A program made the translations under genes and the position numbers. The notes under the pieces were generated by a model. The model was not told where the DNA came from, ran no database searches, and saw only the letters and a program-made list of their open reading frames with translations. From Desulfurococcaceae archaeon (GTDB lineage Archaea; Thermoproteota; Thermoprotei_A; Sulfolobales; Desulfurococcaceae), in contig JAWAJB010000016.1 in the NCBI GenBank assembly GCA_038888155.1, positions 1 through 19,016 on the forward strand: DNA of 19,016 nucleotides, read 5' to 3'. Shown here one piece after another: positions 8,047-15,381 of this stretch (its first letter is position 1; each line of letters starts with the position of its first letter).

Positions 8047-9120
8047 ATGCCCTCTTCATCTTCCAAAATGAAAGCGGCGGTTTTACTCGATGTTGAAAAA
8101 CTTGAATTCAAAGAGGTCGATATTCCAAAAGTAGGTCCTGGCGAGGTTTTAGTTAAAGTGAAAGCCTGTGGGATCTGCGGCTCCGATGTGTCGATGTATC
8201 GTGGCCGGTATCTTCCAGTGAAGCCTATAATACCAGGCCATGAATTTGCTGGTGATGTTGCCGAAGTAGGTGAGGGTGTGAAATACGTTAAGCCTGGTGA
8301 AAGGGTTGTTGCAGACATAAACGTGTCCTGTGGTGTATGCTATTACTGCAAGAGAATGCAAAAGCTTTTCTGTCCCGACATGTATCAAGTAGGAATCCAT
8401 TCGAATGGTGCCTTCGCCGAGTACATAAAAGTGCCAGAGCAAAATATCATAAAAATCCCAACCGGTGTTAGTTACGAACACGCGGCCTTCATGGAGCCGC
8501 TTTCATGCGTAATTAGTGTCGTGGATAAAGCCAATGTGGCCTTAGGTGATGTTGTCGTTGTGATTGGGGATGGGCCGCTGGGAATCTCCGCAGCAAGACT
8601 TGCAAAACTTTCAGGCGCATCTGCAGTAATAGTATGCGGCCATCATGACTATAGATTGAATAAGGCTAAGGAAATGGGTGCGGATATAATAGTAAACACC
8701 AGTAAAGAGGACCCGCTAGAAGTAGTACTCTCCGAAACCGATAGAAGAGGGGCTGATGTTGTAATAGAAGTTGTTGGAAAGCCAACAACGTATAGATGGG
8801 CTGTTGACATGGTAAGACGGGGCGGAAGAGTTGCTCTAATGGGCGTCCCTGGACCAACGGATAAATTGGAATTGATGATGTTCAATGACATCTTTAATAA
8901 AGAGCTGAGCTTGAACGTATCCTTTGCGGGAACATACGATAAAGGGATAAGAGCATTAGCATTAATTGGATCAAAGAAATTTGACGTTGGCAAAATGATT
9001 ACTCATCGAATAGGGTTAGAAAATTTGCTTGATGGATTGATGATGGTGGAAAGAAAGGCGGATAATGTAATAAAAGTAGTAACTTTGCCAGAAATGAAAG
9101 GCGTGGAAAAACTTCAGTGA
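8047..9120 (+). CDS. Zn-dependent medium-chain dehydrogenase (sorbitol/threonine dehydrogenase-like; probable sugar/polyol dehydrogenase)
   Basis: Catalytic Zn motifs CGICGSD, GHE and EP; structural Zn CGVCYYC...C; Rossmann GDGPLG. ATG 8068 (MKAAVL) is an alternative start. Confidence 0.93.
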   Translation: MPSSSSKMKAAVLLDVEKLEFKEVDIPKVGPGEVLVKVKACGICGSDVSMYRGRYLPVKPIIPGHEFAGDVAEVGEGVKYVKPGERVVADINVSCGVCYYCKRMQKLFCPDMYQVGIHSNGAFAEYIKVPEQNIIKIPTGVSYEHAAFMEPLSCVISVVDKANVALGDVVVVIGDGPLGISAARLAKLSGASAVIVCGHHDYRLNKAKEMGADIIVNTSKEDPLEVVLSETDRRGADVVIEVVGKPTTYRWAVDMVRRGGRVALMGVPGPTDKLELMMFNDIFNKELSLNVSFAGTYDKGIRALALIGSKKFDVGKMITHRIGLENLLDGLMMVERKADNVIKVVTLPEMKGVEKLQ

Positions 9121-9139
9121 TATTTTTCATTATGGAATC

Positions 9140-9152
9140 AAAATTTTTAAAT
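9140..9152 (+). promoter_or_regulatory. Candidate BRE/TATA for the PreA-like gene
   Basis: AAAA-TTTTTAAAT in the short intergenic gap; GGGAGG and GAGG precede ATGs at 9199 and 9208. Confidence 0.45.
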
Positions 9153-9198
9153 TAGTTGATTGGCATATCTAAGGCAATACGGGAGGCGAGAACCGAGG

Positions 9199-10509
9199 AT
9201 GTCAAATATGGATATTTCTACGACGCTAGCAGGCGTTAAGATGCGATCGCCATTCGGTGTATCTCCGCATAATCTCGATAAAGCATGGTTCCCAGGCTCA
9301 AAGGCTGCCGAGCTTTACATGAAGTATATCAATGCAGGCGCTGGATTCATTTACGTTCCCGCGATAGTTCCTGGAGAGCCTACCGAATGGGAAAAGAAAC
9401 TCGATTTTAGGAGCCTATTTGAAAATCAGCAATATGTTGGCAGATGGTTAAAGGTGAAAGAAGGAAACGCCGTCATAGCTCACATCTACACCGCGAAAAA
9501 CTTGTTCAATTACTATTCTTGGGCTGAGGAGCTTATAAGAACGCTGAGAAGAAGAGGACTTCCGGAAGATGTCCCTATAATAGTTCAGGGACTTGTCCAC
9601 TCAGGAAATCCCGAGGACTGGGAGAACCACATTAGAAAACTATCAGAATTAGAGCCTGACTTAATTGAGCTCAATACCGGCTGTCCCGTTGGCATGATGG
9701 GGGTTATAGATGCTAGAAAACTTCCCCCAGAAGCAAAGTGGGGTATGGCGATGGGAGCTGCGCCCGAAGTGTTGTTCCCTGTGATGCGCGCGGCCGTCAA
9801 GGCGACGGATATACCGGTTGGTTTTAAACTGACCCCAGAGGCCGGATATCCGAGAATGCTTTACATAGCAGAAGAAGCTGCGAAAATTGGATTAAAATAT
9901 GTGGTTACAACCCACAAATACCTCGCAATAGCCCCTCCGGATATCTGGAATGGGGGAAGGCCGCTATACCCAGCGCTGGATGCCAATTGTCCAGGGGACA
10001 TCGGCGGACCTGCCCTGCGCTTCAGCATGTATAAAGCTACGGCGATGATAAGTCTCAACATTCCTCAAATCGAGTGCTTCGCAGGAGGCGGCATAACGAG
10101 ACCCGAGCACGTAGTAGAGGCTATAATGCTGGGAGCCAGAGCGTGTCAGACTTTAACAGGCATAGTACTAAATGGTATAAAATTCATAACCGAAGTGAAT
10201 AAATTCCTAGAATCATACATGGAGAAATGCGGCTATTCAAAGCTTGATGATTTTAGAGGGATAGCATTAAAATACATTAAGCCAACTCATGACGTAGTTT
10301 TCCCCTACTACGTAGCTGAGGTCGATGAGAGCAGATGTATAAAATGCGGCAAATGCGGCGAATCGTATTGCCCTGCCATAGAGCTCGTTTCGGATCCCGA
10401 AAACAGGGCCAAGAGGCGTCCAGTAATAACGCCGGAACTATGTAGTTGTTGCGGCATGTGCGCGGTCATATGCCCTGTTGACGCAATAAAATATGTTCCT
10501 AGAAACTAG
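9199..10509 (+). CDS. Dihydropyrimidine dehydrogenase PreA / dihydroorotate dehydrogenase-like FMN TIM-barrel with C-terminal 2x[4Fe-4S] ferredoxin domain; divergent active site
   Basis: DISTTLAGVKMRSPFGVS, IELNTGCP, PVGFKLTP, IGGPALR, FAGGGI, AIMLGARACQ; CIKCGKCGESYCP and CSCCGMCAVICP. Start more likely ATG 9199 or 9208 than the track's TTG 9160. Confidence 0.85.
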   Translation: MSNMDISTTLAGVKMRSPFGVSPHNLDKAWFPGSKAAELYMKYINAGAGFIYVPAIVPGEPTEWEKKLDFRSLFENQQYVGRWLKVKEGNAVIAHIYTAKNLFNYYSWAEELIRTLRRRGLPEDVPIIVQGLVHSGNPEDWENHIRKLSELEPDLIELNTGCPVGMMGVIDARKLPPEAKWGMAMGAAPEVLFPVMRAAVKATDIPVGFKLTPEAGYPRMLYIAEEAAKIGLKYVVTTHKYLAIAPPDIWNGGRPLYPALDANCPGDIGGPALRFSMYKATAMISLNIPQIECFAGGGITRPEHVVEAIMLGARACQTLTGIVLNGIKFITEVNKFLESYMEKCGYSKLDDFRGIALKYIKPTHDVVFPYYVAEVDESRCIKCGKCGESYCPAIELVSDPENRAKRRPVITPELCSCCGMCAVICPVDAIKYVPRN

Positions 10510-10537
10510 AGATCAAGCGCTCTATCCTCCCCCCAAC

Positions 10538-10551
10538 TTTCATTTATTTTT
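10538..10551 (+). terminator. Oligo-T archaeal-type terminator candidate
   Basis: TTTCATTTATTTTT about 30 nt after the stop at 10509. Confidence 0.4.
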
Positions 10552-10612
10552 CAAAATTTGGAATTTAAACTGCACTTAACTCTCTTATGAAGTAAATCGA
10601 GAAAACATGCTG

Positions 10613-10626
10613 CGTAAAATATAAAT
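10613..10626 (+). promoter_or_regulatory. BRE/TATA promoter for the TIM-barrel isomerase/eliminase
   Basis: CGTAAAA-TATAAAT, with TATA at 10620-10626; AGGTG at 10648-10652 precedes ATG 10659. Confidence 0.6.
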
Positions 10627-10658
10627 CCAGCAAAGTTACAGGAAATAAGGTGTTTAGA

Positions 10659-11636
10659 ATGAGAATAGGCATTTTTACAGTGTTATTTAATGATAGGCCT
10701 CTAGAGAAGGTGCTAAAATTCGTTTCTGAGTTGGGTTATGAGGCGATCGAAATTGCTGCGGATAAATGGTCGAATCACATAAATATAGATGATATTCTCA
10801 AGGGTAAAGCAAGTGAATACAAGCGTCTCGTCAGCTCTTATGGCTTGGAGATTTCAGCCCTGAGCAATCATGTTGAGAGCCAATTGATTGGTGGCCCCCA
10901 TGGAGCTGACACGGACACTATTCTCAAGGGCTCCCCTGAGGAGAAGATAAAATATGGTGTCGAGCGCATGAAGAAAACCGCTGAGGCTGCTGCAGCCCTC
11001 GATGTACCGGTGGTTAACGGCTTCGTCGGATGTGAAAATTGGTCAAGGTGGTTTATATGGCCAGGCGGCCTCGAGCTATGGGAAAAAGGGTACGAGAGCG
11101 TCGCCGAGCGCTGGCAGCCCGTTTTAGACGTGTTCGAGGCTCACGGCGTAAAATTCGCCCATGAGCCTCACCCGCAGGAGCAGGCTTACAATACCGAGAC
11201 TGCAGAAGCCCTGCTAAAAGCGCTCAATTATAGGAAATGTTTTGGCTTTAACTTGGATCCGGCGAATCTATTGTGGTGCCTCTGCGATCCAGTAATTTTT
11301 GTGAAAAGATTAGGTGAAAGAGTATTCCATGTGCATGCAAAAGATGCCGAAATAGTGAAGGAAGAGCTTGGCTTCTCTGGCGTTGCGGCGACCGGAGATT
11401 GGCGGAGGATGGATAGAGGATTTAGGTTTAGAGTTGTTGGATGGGGCGATGTTGAATGGAAAAGACTTTTAACGGCGTTGCAGATGGTGGGGTATCAGTA
11501 TGTTTTAAGCGTGGAGCACGAAGATCCATGGATAAATCGTGAGGATGGGTGCAGGAAAGCAATACAGTTCTTGAAACCATTATTACTAGAGCCGATCGAG
11601 AGAGAATGGATAAGGGATAGAGTTGAGAAAAAATAG
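10659..11636 (+). CDS. Sugar phosphate isomerase/epimerase family (xylose-isomerase-like TIM barrel, AP_endonuc_2); ~325-aa subgroup resembling 3-keto-glycoside eliminases (LgdB-like)
   Basis: GLEISALSNH, PVVNGFVG, and metal ligands in FAHEPHP, NLDPAN, FHVHAKD and LSVEHED; also FRVVGWGD. Start is ATG 10659 (with RBS) or GTG 10650. Confidence 0.9.
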   Translation: MRIGIFTVLFNDRPLEKVLKFVSELGYEAIEIAADKWSNHINIDDILKGKASEYKRLVSSYGLEISALSNHVESQLIGGPHGADTDTILKGSPEEKIKYGVERMKKTAEAAAALDVPVVNGFVGCENWSRWFIWPGGLELWEKGYESVAERWQPVLDVFEAHGVKFAHEPHPQEQAYNTETAEALLKALNYRKCFGFNLDPANLLWCLCDPVIFVKRLGERVFHVHAKDAEIVKEELGFSGVAATGDWRRMDRGFRFRVVGWGDVEWKRLLTALQMVGYQYVLSVEHEDPWINREDGCRKAIQFLKPLLLEPIEREWIRDRVEKK

Positions 11637-11650
11637 TTCTTTTATGCAAA

Positions 11651-11666
11651 ACTAAATTTTTATATA
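11651..11666 (+). promoter_or_regulatory. BRE/TATA promoter for the solute-binding protein
   Basis: ACTAAATT-TTTATATA, with TATA at 11659-11666; AGGTTGA before ATG 11704. Confidence 0.65.
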
Positions 11667-11703
11667 CAGCCTGCTCTCACTAATACCACCGCAGGTTGAG
11701 AAT

Positions 11704-13053
11704 ATGAAAAATGAAGATATTATCAAAGCGAAGGCAGATTTTGTGCAGGACGAGATTAAAAAGATGACCAGAAGAGCTGCCATAGGAACAGGAGCTAGGG
11801 TTGCTCTCGCGGCTGTAGCGGGACTCGTCGTCGGAGGCGTTGCCGGCTATTTCTCGGGCTCTGCTGCAGCTCCGCCTGTAGAAAAAACAGTGACCGAAAC
11901 TAGAACCATCAAAGAAACCGTTACGGTAGCTCCTGCGACAGGAGTTACGACTGTGACCGTTCCAACTACTGTCACCGTGGCAACCCGGCCTTCTGAAGAA
12001 TTACCTTGGATCGGAGATTATCTTTCAGCACCACCGGACCCGGGTTGGACTCAGTGGCCGCGTAGGAATCCTCCATACAAGATTGGTTTTGCATTACCTT
12101 GGACCGGCAACCCATGGAGAAGAATGCAATTGGCAGAGCTAGAAATATTCATGAAAGCGCTACAGGAGGCCGGCTGGGTCGAGGAATATAGAGTTCTCGA
12201 CGCTGGAGGAGACGTCTTGGAGCAGAAGAGGAACATACAGCAGTTGATCGAGTGGGGTTGCGACGCGATGGTAATAGACCCTGTTAGAGGAGAGGCATTA
12301 ATCGAGGATATAGAGCGGGTGACCGACATGGGGGTTTTCACGGGCCTTGAAGTCGAATCTCCTGATCCAGCGCCGTATGGAAAGTTAAGCAAATTCGGAA
12401 TGATATACCAGACGAACTACTACAAGAGCGGATATATTCAAGGAAAATTCGTCGCAGAGACCTTGATAAGAAAACACCCGCCAGAAAAGCGTAAGGTCGC
12501 CGTCTTGAGAGGGATTCCGGGAGCGCCATCAAATACCCAGAGATGGCTTGGTGCCGTACGTGCAATAGAGGAGTATAAGGATAAGGGTGTTGAGATCGTT
12601 GCAGCAGTGGATGCAGAGTGGTCCGTATCTAAGGCGCGAGAAGCTGCCGCAGACATAATCGCATCCAATCCGAATGTCAGAGGATGGGTGAGTCAAGGAG
12701 CCATGATGGAGGCAATGATACCGCTAGCAGTTGCGGATGCAGGGCTAGATCCTAGTGAGCACGCAATCACCGCAGAAGACTTCGTGATGACCATAAGATT
12801 GTATCAACAGTACAAGTTTGACTTATTAATAGTTTGCAACCCGCAGTCCCAGCCAACATATCTAACCTTTGAAATGATAAAATGTCTTAATAGCATACCA
12901 GCGAGAAAGATAAACTACTTTGATCCACCGGTCTTTAGGCCGGAGCAGCTATATGAGCCTTATAAGAATGTATGGGATGAACTGCCGGACGCCGCCCAGC
13001 TTTGCACACCAATGAATCCAGAGCAGCTAAAGAAATTCATTACCACGGTTTAA
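11704..13053 (+). CDS. Sugar ABC transporter substrate-binding protein (periplasmic binding protein type I) with twin-arginine signal/anchor and Thr/Val-rich linker
   Basis: TRRAAI followed by hydrophobic VALAAVAGLVVGGVAGY; linker TVTETRTIKETVTVAPATGVTTVTVPTTVTVAT; YKIGFALPWTGNPWR, QLIEWGCDAMVIDP, VAVLRGIPGAPSNTQRWLG, AEWS. Confidence 0.9.
   Translation: MKNEDIIKAKADFVQDEIKKMTRRAAIGTGARVALAAVAGLVVGGVAGYFSGSAAAPPVEKTVTETRTIKETVTVAPATGVTTVTVPTTVTVATRPSEELPWIGDYLSAPPDPGWTQWPRRNPPYKIGFALPWTGNPWRRMQLAELEIFMKALQEAGWVEEYRVLDAGGDVLEQKRNIQQLIEWGCDAMVIDPVRGEALIEDIERVTDMGVFTGLEVESPDPAPYGKLSKFGMIYQTNYYKSGYIQGKFVAETLIRKHPPEKRKVAVLRGIPGAPSNTQRWLGAVRAIEEYKDKGVEIVAAVDAEWSVSKAREAAADIIASNPNVRGWVSQGAMMEAMIPLAVADAGLDPSEHAITAEDFVMTIRLYQQYKFDLLIVCNPQSQPTYLTFEMIKCLNSIPARKINYFDPPVFRPEQLYEPYKNVWDELPDAAQLCTPMNPEQLKKFITTV
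11881..11985 (+). repeat. Low-complexity (T-V-T)n linker-coding segment inside the binding protein
   Basis: Recurrent ACN-GTN-ACN codon triplets giving TVT five times. Confidence 0.7.
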
Positions 13054-13101
13054 ATCGTAAGACCAGTAAGTCATTCTGCCACGAAAAACCCTTCATACCA
13101 A

Positions 13102-13152
13102 TTTTTTGCGCACCTTTTTACGTGTGCGTGATTGTCTAATCTTTTCTTTTTT
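13102..13152 (+). terminator. Oligo-T terminator region after the binding-protein gene
   Basis: TTTTTT (13102-13107), a weak hairpin GCGCAC-N8-GTGTGC, and CTTTTCTTTTTT (13141-13152). Confidence 0.5.
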
Positions 13153-13279
13153 ACATATGCATGATTGGATCAAAGTGGCGCTTAGGGGTCGCGGGCGTCG
13201 ATACTCTAAATGCTAATCTAATATTACAGGCCTATTGCGCGAGCCGGGATTTTCTTCAGTTTAAGTAAAAAATTGTTAA

Positions 13280-13293
13280 GTAATGTTTTTAAG
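13280..13293 (+). promoter_or_regulatory. BRE/TATA promoter, likely leaderless transcript of the permeases
   Basis: GTAATG-TTTTTAAG ending 26 nt before ATG 13319; no RBS. Confidence 0.55.
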
Positions 13294-13318
13294 AAAGCAG
13301 AATTATTGACTTTCCACA

Positions 13319-14317
13319 ATGTCAGTAGATTCGATGAGATCCACGTTGACAATCTCAACATATCTCAGAAGAGCTAGGAGCTTTATTATGGGGTATTACA
13401 TGTTTATTATTTTAGCTGTTGTTTGGCTGATTTTCGCGGCTATTTCACCCGGCTTTCTTACAGCATCTAATATCTACAGAATTATAATGTTTTCAACACC
13501 ATTGCTGATAGTTTCCTTAGCGCAGAATATAGTAATACTCACTAGGGGATTTGACCTGACAGTAGGCTCCCTAGTCAGCCTAATCACAGTCATAGTATCT
13601 GTTATGATGGATTGGAAATGGCCTCTCATGGTTATAGTTGCAATGGCTCTAGTTGCAGGGCTTATGGTCGGAGCGCTCAACGGCTTCTGCATTTCAAGAT
13701 TTAAGGTGGATCCATTCATAATAACCCTAAGCGTGATGTTCATTCTGGACGGCATCGCGCTGATGATACGTCCAACGCCAGGAGGAGACATTTATCCCGA
13801 ATTCGTTAGCGGTATAATGTTATATGTTAATGGATTCCCGGCAGGGCCTCTAATAATCTTCCTCATAACGGGCGTGATAGGAACGCTTTTCTTAGAACGA
13901 AGATATACCGGACGACTAGTTTATGCTGTTGGATGCGCGGAGGAGCGTGCTCTTCTCAGAGGAATAAACATAAGAAAAATCCTGCTCACAGTATATATTC
14001 TGAGCGGATTATTGGTGAGCATCGGAGGACTAGTTTATACCGCTTACATTCAAATAGGCGATCCAAACCTTGGAGCACCTCTGCTTTTTGCCTCGATAAC
14101 CGCAGTTTTCCTCGGAGGCACAAGCGCAGCTGGCGGTGTGGGAAGATTTCCAAACACTTGTGCTGCAGTACTGCTTATAAGCTCTATAACGACATTTCTA
14201 TTCCAAATACAAGTAATTGCGTGGTACAGATATATCATTAACGGAGTGCTGCTCATCACCTCAGCAATATTCGGTAAATATGTTGTAGAGGCTAGAGTAA
14301 GGACAGGGGGAGTGTGA
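13319..14317 (+). CDS. Sugar ABC transporter permease (RbsC/BPD_transp_2 family)
   Basis: Multiple hydrophobic helices; VILTRGFDLTVGS, DPFIITL, TGRLVYAVG, AVFLGGTS. Confidence 0.95.
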   Translation: MSVDSMRSTLTISTYLRRARSFIMGYYMFIILAVVWLIFAAISPGFLTASNIYRIIMFSTPLLIVSLAQNIVILTRGFDLTVGSLVSLITVIVSVMMDWKWPLMVIVAMALVAGLMVGALNGFCISRFKVDPFIITLSVMFILDGIALMIRPTPGGDIYPEFVSGIMLYVNGFPAGPLIIFLITGVIGTLFLERRYTGRLVYAVGCAEERALLRGINIRKILLTVYILSGLLVSIGGLVYTAYIQIGDPNLGAPLLFASITAVFLGGTSAAGGVGRFPNTCAAVLLISSITTFLFQIQVIAWYRYIINGVLLITSAIFGKYVVEARVRTGGV

Positions 14318-14318
14318 G

Positions 14319-15335
14319 ATGAGCGAGGTAAGAAGAGAGATGAAGGCGAAGCGTGTTAGGGGTGGCATACTATTACTGAAAATCGGAAGAGAGTATCTGA
14401 TTCTCCTCGGAGCCTTCATAGCAATAATGCTTATTGCTGGTTACTTTATACCCGATTTCTGGTCGATTAACTATCAAAAGGAGCTGTTTAGGAGGTCAGC
14501 TATCCTCGGAATTCTCGCAATAGGTCAAGCAATAGTCATGATCGCGAAGGGCGTGGACCTGTCGGTTGGTGCGTCTACGATGACCTTGGCTATAATGGCT
14601 GCGATATTTTTCCGAGAAACCCCGATCCTTATGCAGTACCCCTGGCTCGTAACAGTTCTCATAATCTTACTACTAGGTATATCAATAGGAGTTATAAATG
14701 GATTATTAATAGCTTTTCTAAAGATTCCTCCCGTAGTTGTAACTTTAGGTATGATGACTGCTTTAAGCGGGATCACCCTCGTCTACACCAAGGGATTTCC
14801 TCGAGGCGGATCTCATAAAGTTTTGATGGAATTCATGTCTACTTCCGAAGTTATTGGTATACCTGCCGTGGTATTGATGTGGGTGGTAGTCACGTTGGCC
14901 ATATGGTTTATACTAAGACTCACGAAATACGGCAGGGAAATCTATGCTATTGGATCGAACCCTGTCGCCGCGCATATTTCAGGGATCCACGTAGAAAAAA
15001 TATTAACGTCAGTTTACGCAATTGCTGGACTTTTCGCTGCGGTGTCTAGCTTACTTTACCTCGGAAGAGTTGTAGTTCCAGCCCTTTCGGTGGCTCCGGC
15101 CGGCATTGGTATGGACTTCCTATTAAGTTCATTAGCCATTCCCGTGTTAGGTGGCGTCACTTTTCGAGGCGGTGAGGGCAGCATCGTAGGGGTATTTATA
15201 GCATCGCTGCTCTACGGCACCATAAGGGGAATCCTAATAGCACTGGGATTTGGCACCGCTGGGATATTAATTTTCACAGGTCTGGTAATAGCATTAGTAA
15301 GCATAGTTAAGCAGATAACAGCTCGGCAACAATGA
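14319..15335 (+). CDS. Sugar ABC transporter permease (RbsC/BPD_transp_2 family), second subunit
   Basis: VMIAKGVDLSVG, IPPVVVTLG, YGREIYAIGSNPVAAHISGI, VLGGVTFRGGEGS. Starts 1 nt after the previous stop. Confidence 0.95.
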   Translation: MSEVRREMKAKRVRGGILLLKIGREYLILLGAFIAIMLIAGYFIPDFWSINYQKELFRRSAILGILAIGQAIVMIAKGVDLSVGASTMTLAIMAAIFFRETPILMQYPWLVTVLIILLLGISIGVINGLLIAFLKIPPVVVTLGMMTALSGITLVYTKGFPRGGSHKVLMEFMSTSEVIGIPAVVLMWVVVTLAIWFILRLTKYGREIYAIGSNPVAAHISGIHVEKILTSVYAIAGLFAAVSSLLYLGRVVVPALSVAPAGIGMDFLLSSLAIPVLGGVTFRGGEGSIVGVFIASLLYGTIRGILIALGFGTAGILIFTGLVIALVSIVKQITARQQ

Positions 15336-15344
15336 TCTTTTAAC

Positions 15345-15360
15345 ACAACACTTATATAAA
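15345..15360 (+). promoter_or_regulatory. TATA promoter, likely leaderless transcript of the FAD oxidoreductase / Fe-S pair
   Basis: ACAACAC-TTATATAAA, with TATA at 15352-15360, 22 nt before ATG 15382. Confidence 0.55.
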
Positions 15361-15381
15361 TTGATATAGGCGCTAGTGAGC

